Virus record (IMG/VR): IMGVR_UViG_3300010965_000427
Span: 57,728 to 121,727 of that record
Direction: 5' to 3' (one strand)
DNA length: 64,000 nucleotides
From: a virus
This document shows, piece after piece, positions 9,785 to 21,700 of the stretch. The translations under genes were made by a program, and so were the position numbers. A model generated the notes under the pieces. That model worked only from the letters and a program-made list of their open reading frames with translations, was not told where the DNA came from and ran no database searches. The number at the start of each line of letters is the position of its first letter. Positions within the stretch are counted from its first letter, which is position 1.

Positions 9785-11890
9785 TTACCCGTATACCCAA
9801 GCGTGGCCATAGAGATTTAAAGGAGTCATCGCAGCTCCAGCATTATAAAGTTGCGAAGGCCCGCCGATTATCAGAGTTTCTCCATTAGCTGAAACTCCTA
9901 TAGAAGTGCCAACGGCGGAGTTTATCACCGCTTGAGACGGAATTAACGTCGTGTTATATACCCAAGCAGAATCTATTTTTGTAAATACATACACAGCTCC
10001 TGACTCCCTGCCTTTGCCTCCGGAAACAAGATCGTCGTGCAATTGTGAGCCAATGAATAATGAATTTGAATCGGCAGTCATAGCTAATGAACTACCAAAG
10101 TGTTCATTTGACGAAACATTGGTAACTTCTGGAGCCATTATTTTGGCTACTTGTGGCCAAGTTACAGTCTGCCCAGAGACGGTTCTCCTGAAAACATAAA
10201 CAGCCCCGCCCCTAGTCCATGTTCTTCCTGGATTTGTTTTTTGAGCTAAAATGGCTCCAACATATAACTCAGTTCCGTCTTCGTTAAATAACAACGAATA
10301 ACCAAAATTATCTCCTACCAAGGCGTCAGAAGCAAATACAGGACCAGCTTCAAGAGTGACCGCGGTTCCATTAAATGCGTAAATATAAACAGAACCTGTG
10401 TCCATTCCTTTAGCGGTATTTGCTAGTCTTTTACTAGATGCAATTACTGTTACGTCAGAATTACAAGCAACTTCCCATCCAAACAAATCGCTCGCTGCCG
10501 CATTTGGAGTTGGTATATAAACAACAGCCTGCCATACACTTCCCCCTGGTGCTCTGGTAAAAATATGCGTAGACCCGCCGTCTAATACAGTTGTATCATG
10601 GCCTTGAGCCCCAACTATTAAAGTATTTCCGTCATTGGATAATTTTATTCCTCTGCCAAACCAGTCGTATGTATTTGGAGCCGGCATCGAAATCATTGAT
10701 TGCTTTACCCAAATAGCTCCAGGAGTTGTTCCTGTAGCTGTAAATATATAAACGGCTCCATTATTCAAATTTCCTGGCGGTAATTTATGCCCAGGGGCAG
10801 ACGCGGCTAATGTTGTGCCATCGGCATTTAACGAAACTTTATATCCAAACCATTCAACTGCGATTCCAGGAGTCGCTACTTCTATATTAGCAGTAAGTAT
10901 TTGTTCTAAGTCCCATGTGCCAAGCCCATTTTTTCTATATAAATAAACTTTGCCAGCTTGAGCAATTTTTCTTGTAGTTGTGGTCACTACAAATGCGCCC
11001 ATGTAAGGGGCCCCGATTGCAATTACCCGCCCGTCCCTACTGATGCTGACTGACCATCCAAACCAATCTCCCAATGTCGCCGGATTGAGAGGAGGAAGAA
11101 CCGGGTTGGTTAACATGGCTTTATTAACCACTGGCAAATAAGAAGATCTTGTTTTAAATGTGCTTATTATGCTCCATGCGGAATCGCCCATTGTATTTCC
11201 AGTGTGGCGAACTCGAACATAGTAATTTGTATTTGGCACTAAACCAGATACACTCCATGTAGTTTTATTTGCAACTGAATGACTTAATTGGGAGATTATG
11301 GTTGTAAATAATGGATCTGTTGCAAGATCCCACGAGGAATCTTTATGTGTATCCCCAGGCCCTCCAGTTGTGGCAAACGCTGAAGAAGTTATGCTAACTG
11401 TTGAATTTAAATTAGTAGCATCGTTAATTGGAGACGTAATTGTTGGAGAAACAATTCCCCCGCCAGTTATTTGAATGCTGTATCTTTTGTTATTTACAAT
11501 AAAAACGCCTGTGCCTGCCGATCCAGGAGCTGTATAACTGATTGTATCTCCATTTCTAGAAATAACTCCATTTAAACAAGACACAGTATATACTTTAGAC
11601 ATGCTAAAGTTGGTAATTTTGTAAGAACCAGTTGCTGAAGCAATAAGCGTTCTTGGCCCAGATATTGACAAAGTCAATTCAATGAGATGGCTAGGTATAT
11701 ATGCCAAAGGAATTATATTGTTAGTTATTGGTATTGGTCCGTCTTCGGTTCCTTTTTCCTCAATTGAAACCGCTCCAAAGTTTGCAATAGCCCCAGCAAT
11801 AGTGGTTGCAGATGTTCCACCAAGGGCAATTGGTAAAATGGATGGAGTTAATTCGTTATCTATACTTGGTCCAATTACAGTGTTTGGCAT
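9785..11890 (-). CDS. putative tail adhesin: Ig-like + FN3 + seven-bladed FG-GAP beta-propeller (701 aa)
   Basis: FN3 motif (WDLATD...LVPNTNYYVRVRH...SAWS) and seven FG.SV...DG..L.IGA...GAVY repeats. Confidence 0.75.
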   Translation of the reverse strand: MPNTVIGPSIDNELTPSILPIALGGTSATTIAGAIANFGAVSIEEKGTEDGPIPITNNIIPLAYIPSHLIELTLSISGPRTLIASATGSYKITNFSMSKVYTVSCLNGVISRNGDTISYTAPGSAGTGVFIVNNKRYSIQITGGGIVSPTITSPINDATNLNSTVSITSSAFATTGGPGDTHKDSSWDLATDPLFTTIISQLSHSVANKTTWSVSGLVPNTNYYVRVRHTGNTMGDSAWSIISTFKTRSSYLPVVNKAMLTNPVLPPLNPATLGDWFGWSVSISRDGRVIAIGAPYMGAFVVTTTTRKIAQAGKVYLYRKNGLGTWDLEQILTANIEVATPGIAVEWFGYKVSLNADGTTLAASAPGHKLPPGNLNNGAVYIFTATGTTPGAIWVKQSMISMPAPNTYDWFGRGIKLSNDGNTLIVGAQGHDTTVLDGGSTHIFTRAPGGSVWQAVVYIPTPNAAASDLFGWEVACNSDVTVIASSKRLANTAKGMDTGSVYIYAFNGTAVTLEAGPVFASDALVGDNFGYSLLFNEDGTELYVGAILAQKTNPGRTWTRGGAVYVFRRTVSGQTVTWPQVAKIMAPEVTNVSSNEHFGSSLAMTADSNSLFIGSQLHDDLVSGGKGRESGAVYVFTKIDSAWVYNTTLIPSQAVINSAVGTSIGVSANGETLIIGGPSQLYNAGAAMTPLNLYGHAWVYG

Positions 11891-11901
11891 GATCTAATTC
11901 C

Positions 11902-12225
11902 TTATAAATTTTTACAAATTCCGTTAACCCTTACAGCGACGCTAGCGCTGGAGGATCTGATCGATATTATTTCTCCTGGAGAACCAATTAGCGCAGTTCT
12001 TTCATATGTTCCTCCGTTTGCAGGTATTTTACATCCGTACTCTATATAGTCGGCCGGCTCTGGTGCCGAAACGGGAGACATTGTGAGAAAGAAATCGGCT
12101 TCTTCAGCGCCTTCATTAACGGCTAATATATTGAAAGTAGCATATTGAACTGTTGCTGGAATTGTATACACCGGCACAAGCGAGCCAGCAGATGACATAA
12201 CCTTAGCAAAGAGACCGTCGGGCAT
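11902..12225 (-). CDS. small beta-rich protein in the tail-fibre operon (107 aa)
   Basis: ATG at 12225 with GGTG upstream; VYTIPA and VAVRVNG pattern of small beta-sandwich phage proteins. Confidence 0.65.
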   Translation of the reverse strand: MPDGLFAKVMSSAGSLVPVYTIPATVQYATFNILAVNEGAEEADFFLTMSPVSAPEPADYIEYGCKIPANGGTYERTALIGSPGEIISIRSSSASVAVRVNGICKNL

Positions 12226-12289
12226 GTTTATCACCAAAAGACTAGAGTAAACTTAGTTGAGATTTTGTTATAAATTTTGAGAACTAAAA

Positions 12290-15200
12290 TTATTTAAAAA
12301 TATGGACAACGCCACAATTTGTTTCTGACTGCGCTGCGTAATCAGAAGCAATGCCTATGGCTAAAGTTGATCCGTCTTCGGAAAGATAATCGCTATATTG
12401 ATTTTCAGAATAATTTAAAAAATTAGCTGTTAATAAGCGTTTAAAAGACCATGAATTATTTTTAAACACATACACTTTTGCTGACGTAGAATTGTTTTTT
12501 ATAATAACTACATTTCCGGCTGAATTTATTCTTGCTATATCAGATCCTGGAAAAACGGCTTCTTGTTCCCAAGTTGTTCCAGATGCTCTATAAATATATG
12601 TTTCATAAGAGATTCCGTTATATTTTGAAGCAATAAATAAATTTCCATTGCTATTAAAACCTAGCGGGATAAAAACGTCTCCAATTTGGTCTGTGGGAGA
12701 ATTTAAAAAAGAATGAAAAGCCCAATTAGCTCCTGTTAATTTGTAAAAGTATATTCTACCAATTCCAAACGGAACGTGTGTAGAGGTTGCTAATGTAATT
12801 CCGTCTTTACTAATTTTTGTAGATATTCCAAAAAAGTTATGAGCTACTGGATTTTGGGCACTAATTTGCCCTTGCTGGGCCCAAGTTCCATTAGTGTTTT
12901 TATAAATAATGATAAAACCGCTATCTTCTATTCCAAGAACATCTGCTCCAGGAATTCCTATAATAATAGTCAATCCATCTTCTAATATCGATAAAGAAAC
13001 TTTCGAACTGTAATTTCCCAAATTTGAAGAAAGCTCAATTCTAGCTTGTTTTGACCATGAATTGGATGCTTTTACAAATACATGTAATAAATGAGGTTCA
13101 GCAGTAATAACGGCTAAGGTTAAACCGTTCCCGCTTAATGCAATGCATTCCCCAAATCTGTCATAAGTTGAAAAAGTCTCTTCATTAAACTCTATACGAG
13201 CCTCATTTATCCAAGAATGTTGATTTTCTGTTATGAAGATGTGAACACACCCAGACAATTTACCATTAGTATTTAAATCCATAGGAGAACCAATTGCTAT
13301 AGTTTGTTTATTGCTACTAAATGAAATGCTGTCCCCAAATAATTGCCCGGCTATTGGGTTAGTTGGTTGGATAATGGCAATTTCTTGCATTGGATAAATT
13401 TCAGTTGCAGTAGCAAAAGAAACAACGTTGCTCCATGGGCTATCCCCGCTTGTTTCTCCAGTGTACTTAACTCTAATATAGTAGACATGAGAAAGCAATA
13501 AATTAGCCACCGGCCATGTTGTTTTATTTATAGTGCTATTTTCACTAAAATCTACAAGAGTCATAAAATCAACACTTGTGGATAGTTGCCAAGTCGAGCT
13601 TCTATGAGTATCTGTTTTTTGGACAGTATCAAAAACAGAACTGGTAATTGTTAAAGATTTTGGAAAATCAATTGATCCATTAACTGGATAATTAATTGTT
13701 GGTTTAATAACAGATCTTTCCTCTTCTGTGAATAAAATAGCGTTACTCCATTCGCTTTCATCGTAAGATATTCCAAAATATTTTACACGTAAGTAATAAA
13801 CCTGTTTAGATACAAGATCCGTTATCACCCATGTTGTTTTATTACTTTGGCTATTATCTATTCTTTGAAATATATTTTGAAAATTCTGATCAGTAGCTAA
13901 TTCCCATGTAGAAGAAAAATGAGCGTCCCCGCCATCGTTAGTGGAAAACGCAGAAGACTGGCAAGTTATTGTTTTTGGCTGAGATACTGAATTATTTAAA
14001 GGGTTTAAAATAGAAGGAGCTAAAATGTGGCTGCCTGTTATTGAAAATTGAGCAATATCGCTCCAATCGCTATAAACTAAATCTAATGATTTATATCTAA
14101 CTCTTAAAAAATAATCAGCATTTTTAAGAAGAGAATCTATTGGCCATCTGTTTTTATTTATAATATCATCAGGATTATTTATAATTAAAGTTAAAAAATC
14201 TGGATCTGTGGAAAGTTGCCAATCTGAACTAAGGTGGGTTCCGTCGGCATTATTTATTGAAAAATTTGATGCCAAAACAATTAAACTTTGTGGCTGATTA
14301 GTTGCTCCGTATAACGGAAATATTATAGTTGGTTTATTAACTATTATTGGAATTTCTAATGTAGTAACAGAAGCTGCAATGCTCCAATTGCTTAATCTGC
14401 CAGAGACTGCCCTATAACAAACTCTAGCGTAATAAACAGTGAGGCCACGTTGGTTTGAAAATGCAATGCTTGTTAAAAAATCTCTATTATTTAATACTTC
14501 GTGAGTAATATGACTAAAATTTATATCGGTTGATAATTGCCAATTTGAACTATAATGACTATCAACGCAGTTGGTAGTTTCAAAAATTGAACTTGTTAAA
14601 GTTATTTCTGATATTCCATTGCTAATAGAACTTACACACGATGTAATAGTAGGAACGTTTACAAAAGGAACACGTCCAGATACAATTGACGAAGCTTGCC
14701 GGTATGTAATTAATTTTGGAGTTGGTAAACCGGCCTCTATTTCATTTGGTGTTGCTACGCTGTAGCCTAATGACTCAAGAGTAACTCGATGAGGGTTATT
14801 CGGAAATTCTAAATGAGGCGTATTAGTAGGTATTGTATTTCTTAAAGGAAAATCATTAGCCATTGAATTTATTTTATTGACTAAATCTAGCTCTCTAAAT
14901 CTTGCTTGTTCATTTTCGTTACGAATTATTTCTGGAAACAGTGGCAATGACTCAAACAGCCCATCCCATAATGTTAATTTTGCATTTAATCTACGAGAAT
15001 TTATTTTTTCTAAAGCAGCATTCCTATATGTGGTCCATGTTCCACCAACACTTCTATATTGAATAAATAAAGTTCCTTGTAATAGACAAGATACCATGGA
15101 GCACGCTCCATATAGCAATTTTCCGGAAGACTCACTTCCGTCAAGATAGTATAAACTAAGTACAAAGTCAGTTCCTTCTTGCAAAATTTTTTGCACTGGA

Positions 15201-15367
15201 CCGACACTAAGCTTTAGTATAAAATCATCAACAAAAAATGGAGCATAAATTGGCATTACTACAACGCCACGTTGATTAATTGACGGAGTTAAAATAAATT
15301 CTTCATTTGTTATTAAATTTGCAGGGTTTACTCCATAAGGGTCAAACGGTAATAATAATTCTGGCAT
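12290..15367 (-). CDS. gp131-family tail/baseplate fibre with 4 FN3 domains and a degenerate FG-GAP propeller
   Basis: Start re-called at ATG 15367 (GGAG SD, just past the upstream stop); N-terminal PFDPYG.NPANLI.NE...YAPFF; H...NPH motif; four FN3 repeats. Confidence 0.78.
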   Translation of the reverse strand: MPELLLPFDPYGVNPANLITNEEFILTPSINQRGVVVMPIYAPFFVDDFILKLSVGPVQKILQEGTDFVLSLYYLDGSESSGKLLYGACSMVSCLLQGTLFIQYRSVGGTWTTYRNAALEKINSRRLNAKLTLWDGLFESLPLFPEIIRNENEQARFRELDLVNKINSMANDFPLRNTIPTNTPHLEFPNNPHRVTLESLGYSVATPNEIEAGLPTPKLITYRQASSIVSGRVPFVNVPTITSCVSSISNGISEITLTSSIFETTNCVDSHYSSNWQLSTDINFSHITHEVLNNRDFLTSIAFSNQRGLTVYYARVCYRAVSGRLSNWSIAASVTTLEIPIIVNKPTIIFPLYGATNQPQSLIVLASNFSINNADGTHLSSDWQLSTDPDFLTLIINNPDDIINKNRWPIDSLLKNADYFLRVRYKSLDLVYSDWSDIAQFSITGSHILAPSILNPLNNSVSQPKTITCQSSAFSTNDGGDAHFSSTWELATDQNFQNIFQRIDNSQSNKTTWVITDLVSKQVYYLRVKYFGISYDESEWSNAILFTEEERSVIKPTINYPVNGSIDFPKSLTITSSVFDTVQKTDTHRSSTWQLSTSVDFMTLVDFSENSTINKTTWPVANLLLSHVYYIRVKYTGETSGDSPWSNVVSFATATEIYPMQEIAIIQPTNPIAGQLFGDSISFSSNKQTIAIGSPMDLNTNGKLSGCVHIFITENQHSWINEARIEFNEETFSTYDRFGECIALSGNGLTLAVITAEPHLLHVFVKASNSWSKQARIELSSNLGNYSSKVSLSILEDGLTIIIGIPGADVLGIEDSGFIIIYKNTNGTWAQQGQISAQNPVAHNFFGISTKISKDGITLATSTHVPFGIGRIYFYKLTGANWAFHSFLNSPTDQIGDVFIPLGFNSNGNLFIASKYNGISYETYIYRASGTTWEQEAVFPGSDIARINSAGNVVIIKNNSTSAKVYVFKNNSWSFKRLLTANFLNYSENQYSDYLSEDGSTLAIGIASDYAAQSETNCGVVHIFK

Positions 15368-15368
15368 T

Positions 15369-18300
15369 TTATACTCCAAGTTTAAAATCAAAACTAAATG
15401 TATAAATAATGTATTCAAAGTCATTAGGCGTAGCATACTGGTTTTTATGATTTCCTATATATAAATGAGTTCCATTTGAATTTATAGCCATTTTTTCACC
15501 AATTTCTTCATAAGCAAGTTTGTTTCCCGGTGTGTTAAGTTTTTGCTTAAGTTCCCAAACGTCGTTTACTTTAGTAAATATGTTAATACTATTGCCATCG
15601 TGAAGACGTCTAAGCACTATTTTGGTGCCATTGTCGTCCATTAGTATTCTTGGAGTAAGTGTGTATGCATTTAAAATGTACTCGTCATGTAAAATAATTC
15701 TTTGTTTTTCAACCCAAACATTATTTACAATGCCGTAAATGCATAAAGTTTCATTTTTAGAAAAAAACCCTGCAAGCACAGAGCCGTTTTTATTTAAGGC
15801 GAATGAAGCACCAACGGCAGTTTCTTGATTTAAAGGTTCGTTGTTAAAAAATTCAGATAAATTTATTACGCAAATTTTTTTCCAAACTCCACTTATTTTT
15901 CGAAAACAATGCAGATTTTTTAAAGTGCTGGCAAATAGCTGGTCTCCTTCGTGACTTATTTTAACAAAAAATGGACCATGGTAGAAAGAAGTTGTTCCAT
16001 TAATGTGTTCGATATAGCTATTATTTTCGTATTCGAGATGTAAAAGCGCTTCTTGCTGCCAAATTCCTCCTACAAAGGCAAAAATATAAACTGCTCGTTT
16101 TTCATAGTAGCCGTAGAGCGTGACTAAATTGTAAAGGTCTGGAACTCTATCTATGGCCGCTCCTACAGCAATTCTGCTTGCGTGGCCGTCGATAGATAAT
16201 GATCGGCCAAAAGAAGTAAACCGTCTTTTTTTAGAAATTATAACTCCATTGGAATAAGTAAAATTATAACTATTTTCATCTTCTAATGGTTCTAAAATTG
16301 AATGTAATTCCCAATTTAAATTATTTCTAACATATACTGTAGGTTTTAAGGAATCGGGAATTATATATTGTTCTTCGTCGTTATCTAATATATCAACACA
16401 ACTTACAAGCACTGAACAATAATCGTTTGTAGCTATTTGGTCAGGTAAAGATCCGTCATATTTAAAAATGGTATTTGAATTTATTACTGTTCTAACAAAG
16501 GGATAAGAAAATCTTTCATCCACATCGCTGTTTTGTGAATATAAATCAGTGCTGCCCACTATTAGATGGCTTTCGTCTTTACTTAATAAAAAATTAGATT
16601 TATATGCCACTTCTTCGCACAGTGCGTCGCTTATAGATATTTCCCGCATAAAATTAACAAAAGCAGGGCTCCATTCACTATCCCCATAGTTTTCTCCGGT
16701 ATACTTTACATATATATAGTAGTATTGCCCTGGCTCTAAATCGTAAAAAGTAACGGTTGTTAAAGGTTCTTCTAAACAAACCACTTCATTACTAACTATT
16801 GGATTAGTTGTCATAATAGCAATTTGCCATGTTGACTTTATAAATACATCCGGCGAATTAGTATTAATGCTAAAAGGGGTAGCCGCACAAGTAATAGACA
16901 TCGATCCTTCGCTATATGAAGAATTATACGATAAAATCTCAGGAGTATTAACAGACGAGGTTAAATCCTCGTATGAGTCACAGCATAACCATTGAGTTTT
17001 TCCACTTAGACTTCCCTTTTGCCTGACTCTAAAATACAATTCGCAATTGGACGGTAAATCGTTGGCAACGCATTCAGTAATAGCTGACAGTTCCGATGCA
17101 TTTTTGCTTATTGATAAAAACCCAGGATCAATAGAAACTTGCCAGTCGCTTATTTCACAAACATCTCCTTCTTCCTGAGGGATAAATATAGGAAGGTTAA
17201 ATTTAATTATTCTGGAGGGAAGTAAAATGCTGTTTGCTAAAATTAAAAAATTTCTAACAGTGAACGACACAGGAGTGCTCCACTCGCTACTTCCAAATTG
17301 CTCGCCTGTATACAAAACGCGAACATAATATTTCTGATTAGAAAGCAGCCCCGATAATTCCCAAGTTATTTTTTGAATTGCGTTATTTGTAGTTGAAGCA
17401 ACTATTAAAGAAAATTGTTCATCGTAGGCTAGTTGCCATGTTGAATATACATGCAAATCCGTTGCATTATTCATAATAAAATTTGACGATGAAATAATAA
17501 TCGTTTCTGGCTGATCTACCGATTCTGTTATAGGGAAGACTATTATAGGAGTATTTATATTTTGAACTAAACAATTAAAAACTACAGTGTCGCTCCATTC
17601 GCTAACAATTAATAGCTCCCCGATGTATCTTACACGTAGATAATACCTATTTCCATATATTAGTTCTGCCGGTTGCCATTGTGTTTTGTTAACAACATCA
17701 TTTAAACTTTGTTCGATTATTGTTAAGAAATTCTCATCAGACGACAATTGCCAACTTGATGAATAATGAGCTCCAAAACCCAAATTTGTTTCAAAATTTG
17801 AAGAACTAGCTGAAAGGTTAACCGGTTGCCCTTCTGAATTATTTAAAGGGTTTAAAATTATGGGTTTTAATATAATTGTTCCAGCTACATCTATGACTGA
17901 CTGTGTTCCAAATAGTGTTAATAATTGTGCATGTGTAACAAATGATGCCGGGCCAGAATGATTTTGCAAATCGGCTTCGGTAGCAACCCTGAAGCCTAAT
18001 AATTCCAATGTTGTGCCATGGGGGTCTGATGGAGCTGTTAAATGCTCGACTATTAATTTCTCACTAGGACGATTAGCGATTACTGTGGAAAGGGATATAA
18101 TTGAACTAACTACTTCATTTTGCCCTTTTAAATAAGCTGGGTCTCCTTCGCCAGGACCCGTTGGAAAACACAATGGATTTGGAATAAGTATATCGTATAA
18201 TGTAATTTCTGGATTATACGACACCATGCTAAAGTGATTAAGAACATGTTGCCTAGTATCGGCCCATGCTCCTCCAAATGTTTGATATGTTAAAGTAATA

Positions 18301-18596
18301 ACGCCATTTGTATCTAATCTGTCAAGTATAATTCCGCCATTAACTTGTAAATTTGTTTCTAGCGAGCCTCCTTTGAAAGGCAATGCAAGTAAATAATCCG
18401 TTCCTAATGTTAATCTCCTAGTAACATTGTTTAATGTAAAGTTAATAATGAAACTGGATGCAAAAAATGGAGAATAATTTGGAATTATAAAAAACAAATT
18501 GCTCTTTATTGTTTCATCTACTCTATGAACTTCTTCTATGATTAAATTTGCAGGAGAGCTTCCTGTTGGATCGTATTCAAACGTAGGAGCAGTCAT
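15369..18596 (-). CDS. gp131-family tail/baseplate fibre with 4 FN3 domains and a highly diverged propeller
   Basis: N-terminal YDPTG.SPANLI.EE.H...YSPFF, YQTFGG, HL...DPH; four FN3 repeats; remnant blades such as SFGRSLSIDGHASRIAVGA. Confidence 0.78.
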   Translation of the reverse strand: MTAPTFEYDPTGSSPANLIIEEVHRVDETIKSNLFFIIPNYSPFFASSFIINFTLNNVTRRLTLGTDYLLALPFKGGSLETNLQVNGGIILDRLDTNGVITLTYQTFGGAWADTRQHVLNHFSMVSYNPEITLYDILIPNPLCFPTGPGEGDPAYLKGQNEVVSSIISLSTVIANRPSEKLIVEHLTAPSDPHGTTLELLGFRVATEADLQNHSGPASFVTHAQLLTLFGTQSVIDVAGTIILKPIILNPLNNSEGQPVNLSASSSNFETNLGFGAHYSSSWQLSSDENFLTIIEQSLNDVVNKTQWQPAELIYGNRYYLRVRYIGELLIVSEWSDTVVFNCLVQNINTPIIVFPITESVDQPETIIISSSNFIMNNATDLHVYSTWQLAYDEQFSLIVASTTNNAIQKITWELSGLLSNQKYYVRVLYTGEQFGSSEWSTPVSFTVRNFLILANSILLPSRIIKFNLPIFIPQEEGDVCEISDWQVSIDPGFLSISKNASELSAITECVANDLPSNCELYFRVRQKGSLSGKTQWLCCDSYEDLTSSVNTPEILSYNSSYSEGSMSITCAATPFSINTNSPDVFIKSTWQIAIMTTNPIVSNEVVCLEEPLTTVTFYDLEPGQYYYIYVKYTGENYGDSEWSPAFVNFMREISISDALCEEVAYKSNFLLSKDESHLIVGSTDLYSQNSDVDERFSYPFVRTVINSNTIFKYDGSLPDQIATNDYCSVLVSCVDILDNDEEQYIIPDSLKPTVYVRNNLNWELHSILEPLEDENSYNFTYSNGVIISKKRRFTSFGRSLSIDGHASRIAVGAAIDRVPDLYNLVTLYGYYEKRAVYIFAFVGGIWQQEALLHLEYENNSYIEHINGTTSFYHGPFFVKISHEGDQLFASTLKNLHCFRKISGVWKKICVINLSEFFNNEPLNQETAVGASFALNKNGSVLAGFFSKNETLCIYGIVNNVWVEKQRIILHDEYILNAYTLTPRILMDDNGTKIVLRRLHDGNSINIFTKVNDVWELKQKLNTPGNKLAYEEIGEKMAINSNGTHLYIGNHKNQYATPNDFEYIIYTFSFDFKLGV

Positions 18597-18671
18597 AAAA
18601 AACCCATTTAAAGTCTGGTTGCTTTAGCCATTAAGAGAAGAAAAGAACGCGATAGTTTTTTTTAAATAAAT

Positions 18672-18710
18672 TAATTAGCAAAGCCCCCTATAGGAGGCTA
18701 AAGCTAATTA
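18672..18710. terminator. imperfect hairpin between fibre paralogs
   Basis: TAATTAGC..AGCC-CCTATAGG-A-GGCT..GCTAATTA; the A run just left of it plus the T run at 18655-18663 make the direction unclear. Confidence 0.45.
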
Positions 18711-18751
18711 GCGCAAATGTTTCTTATGTTTAAATTTTTAAGTTTTATTTT

Positions 18752-21700
18752 TTAAAACATTAGTTGATCGAAAATGTAAGCCGATCCAACAGCGAGTGTA
18801 TTTTCATATGTTTCACGAGCACCTATTACTACAAAAGATCCATCGTAAGATAGTTGTGCCGAGTTAGCAAAATGAGCATATCCATTTGAATTTCCTGGAA
18901 CTAAACTGCCTTTTTCGTTCCATGAATTTCCTGTTCTTGTAAAAACAAAAGCATCTCCGACTTGTGTTCCTCTGGAATTAGTATCGTAACAAGCCCCAAT
19001 GACTGCAACTTGCCCAACCTGGTCAATAGTCACAACTGATCCAGCATAGGATTTTACTCCAATGGTATCAGGAATTAGTTTCTGTTGCAGAGTCCAGTCG
19101 TTTCCGGAATTAATAAAAATATAAGCTGCGCCAGCTTCTGATCCTTTTGCATTTGTATTTTTTGGCGCCCCAATTAAAGCAAATAGTCCGTTTTTTGATA
19201 AAGCTACAGACGATCCAAACCAGTCATACGAAGCTCCGTCGCTAGCAATTAATTTTTTTTCTTGACTCCATGTCGATTGAGTTTTTCTAAATATATATGC
19301 GCTCCCACAATCAGACCCTCTTTCATTATTGTCTAACTTGGCACCAATAAGAATTAAGTTTCCATCAGAAGACATTGAAATAGAATTTCCAAAGCGGTCT
19401 GTAGATGCTTTGTCGCTTGCTAAAAGCTTAGCCTCTTGAGACCAAGATAGCCCTGAATTTATAAAAACGTAAACGGCTCCGTGAGAAGTTATTGATGGAT
19501 TGTTTGTGTCATAATAGTTAATAGAGCTTACTGCCAGCGTATTTCCATCAGAAGACATTGCTAATGAATAACCAAAATTATCATTATTCCAAATATTTTC
19601 AGAAATAAGTTTAACTTGCTGAGACCATACGTTATTTATTTGTTTAAATATGTATACGGCTCCTGAATTTGCTCCTGAACTATTATCATTACTATAACTT
19701 CCAATTGCAACTACGCTTCCGTCTCCACTCATTGCTACGGAAAATCCAAAACAATCTAATGTTATTCCGTCGCTTGCTATTAGCTTGGCTTGTTCACTCC
19801 AAGTGCTTCCATCTTTTTTGAATATATACGCTGCGCCTACATTTAGTTTTCCGCTGTTTGAATTGGAATAGGCTCCCATTATCATAAAAATTCCATCATC
19901 GCTTATTGCGATTGGAGAACCAAATGAAATGCTACTGCCACTATAATTAGATGCAAAACAGTCATAGCCGCACCAATCTGACGCCACAAGTTTAAGCACT
20001 TCGTTTTTTGGGTATGTCTGCTGCATTGTAGTAAATAATATTGGAACAGACCATTCGCTTGTTCCTCTTATTGCTCCTGTATGGCAAACTCTAATATAGT
20101 ATGTTGTATTAAAAAGTAATCCGCTAATTGGCCAGGATGTAAGATTTACCGTATTGTATAAACTCTGTGATATAATGGTAGAAAAAGAAGGGTCGTTAGA
20201 TAATTGCCAATTTGACGATAAATGTGTGTCTGTTCCGTAATTCACACCAAATGCGCTGCTATCGGCTATCAGGATAACAGGTTGCTTAATAGCTTCGTTA
20301 ACTGGGAATGCAGTGGTGGGTTTTTCTACATGAATTGTTAATACTGTAAAGGAAACTACATTGCTCCATTGGCTATCTCCGTATAAATTGGATGTGTGTT
20401 TTACTCTAACAAAATAAGTTTGCCCAGAAACTAAATTAGCAAAATCTAATTGAGTTTTATTTATTTGATTGTCAATGCTTTGTTGCGTTACACTTGAAAA
20501 GTTTTCATCTGTCGACACTTGCCAGCTAGACGATATATGTTCATCGATGCCATAATTTAAAGACATCTCAGAACTGATCATTGCAGTGTTTGGATAAACA
20601 TTATTTTGTAGATTTGTTGGATTTAAAATAATAGGCTGATTAACGGATATGCTTATTCCCGAAAATGCCACTAGATAGCTCCAGTCGCTTTTTCCATGAT
20701 TCTGACTTTTGTAACGAACACGAACGTAGTAAGTTCTTCCTGGTTGTACTTCATTTATAGTCCAAGTTATTTTATTAACAACATCCGCAACACTTTCTTG
20801 TGTTATATTTAGGAAATTTATATCGGTTGCAACTTGCCAATCTGTAGACTCATGTTTATCAGATCCGTATGACATTATTAGTCTTGAACTAGATACTTGA
20901 AGCGGGGCTTCATGACTAGCCGATTCATTTGCCGGATAAAATATAAATGGTCTATTTACCTGAATAATTAGTTCTGAAACAGTTAAAGTTAAACTCCATA
21001 AACTGTTTCCATGGCTATGGCCTTTATGCATAACCCTAACATAATAAATTTCGCCAGGAGTAAGATTGCTAACAGACCATTCTGTTTTATTAACAGTATC
21101 ATTCAAAGTTTGCTGAACAATATTAGTGAAAGAACTATCTGTGGATAATTGCCAGCTTGAAGATAAATGAGTGTCGACTTCGCTAATTGTAGAAAATGCG
21201 CTACTGTTAAAATTCATATAAGTCGAAGAAGAAACGATTGGTGAATTTGGAACAACAATTATTGGAGTTTTTATCTTGATTTGATTTAAACCATAGCCGT
21301 GCCCACCAACGCCACTTAGTATTAAGTATGCTCCGTCTAGAGTTAAAATTCCGTCATTGATCTGACCAGACATAATGTCTTCAATTAAACATGGAAAATA
21401 GCCAATAGATTGAATAGTTAATTGGTGTGGATTTTGTAAATTTCCTAAATGACGATCAATATCGCGATTAGTAGCAGTTTGAGCTATTATATTTTTAAAA
21501 TTTTCTATGCTATCAATAAGTCTATCTTGTCCGTAAAATGCACCAGCGTCTTGCTGATGTCTGGTCGAAGGAAAGCAGTTGGGAATATTAAAAATGGTTT
21601 CCCAAGTAATAGTTCTGTTATTATAAATGGCTTCAGCAAATGTTCTTAATATAAAAGCCCTATTGTAAGACCAAGGCCCTCCGAGTGTTTGGTAATTAAT

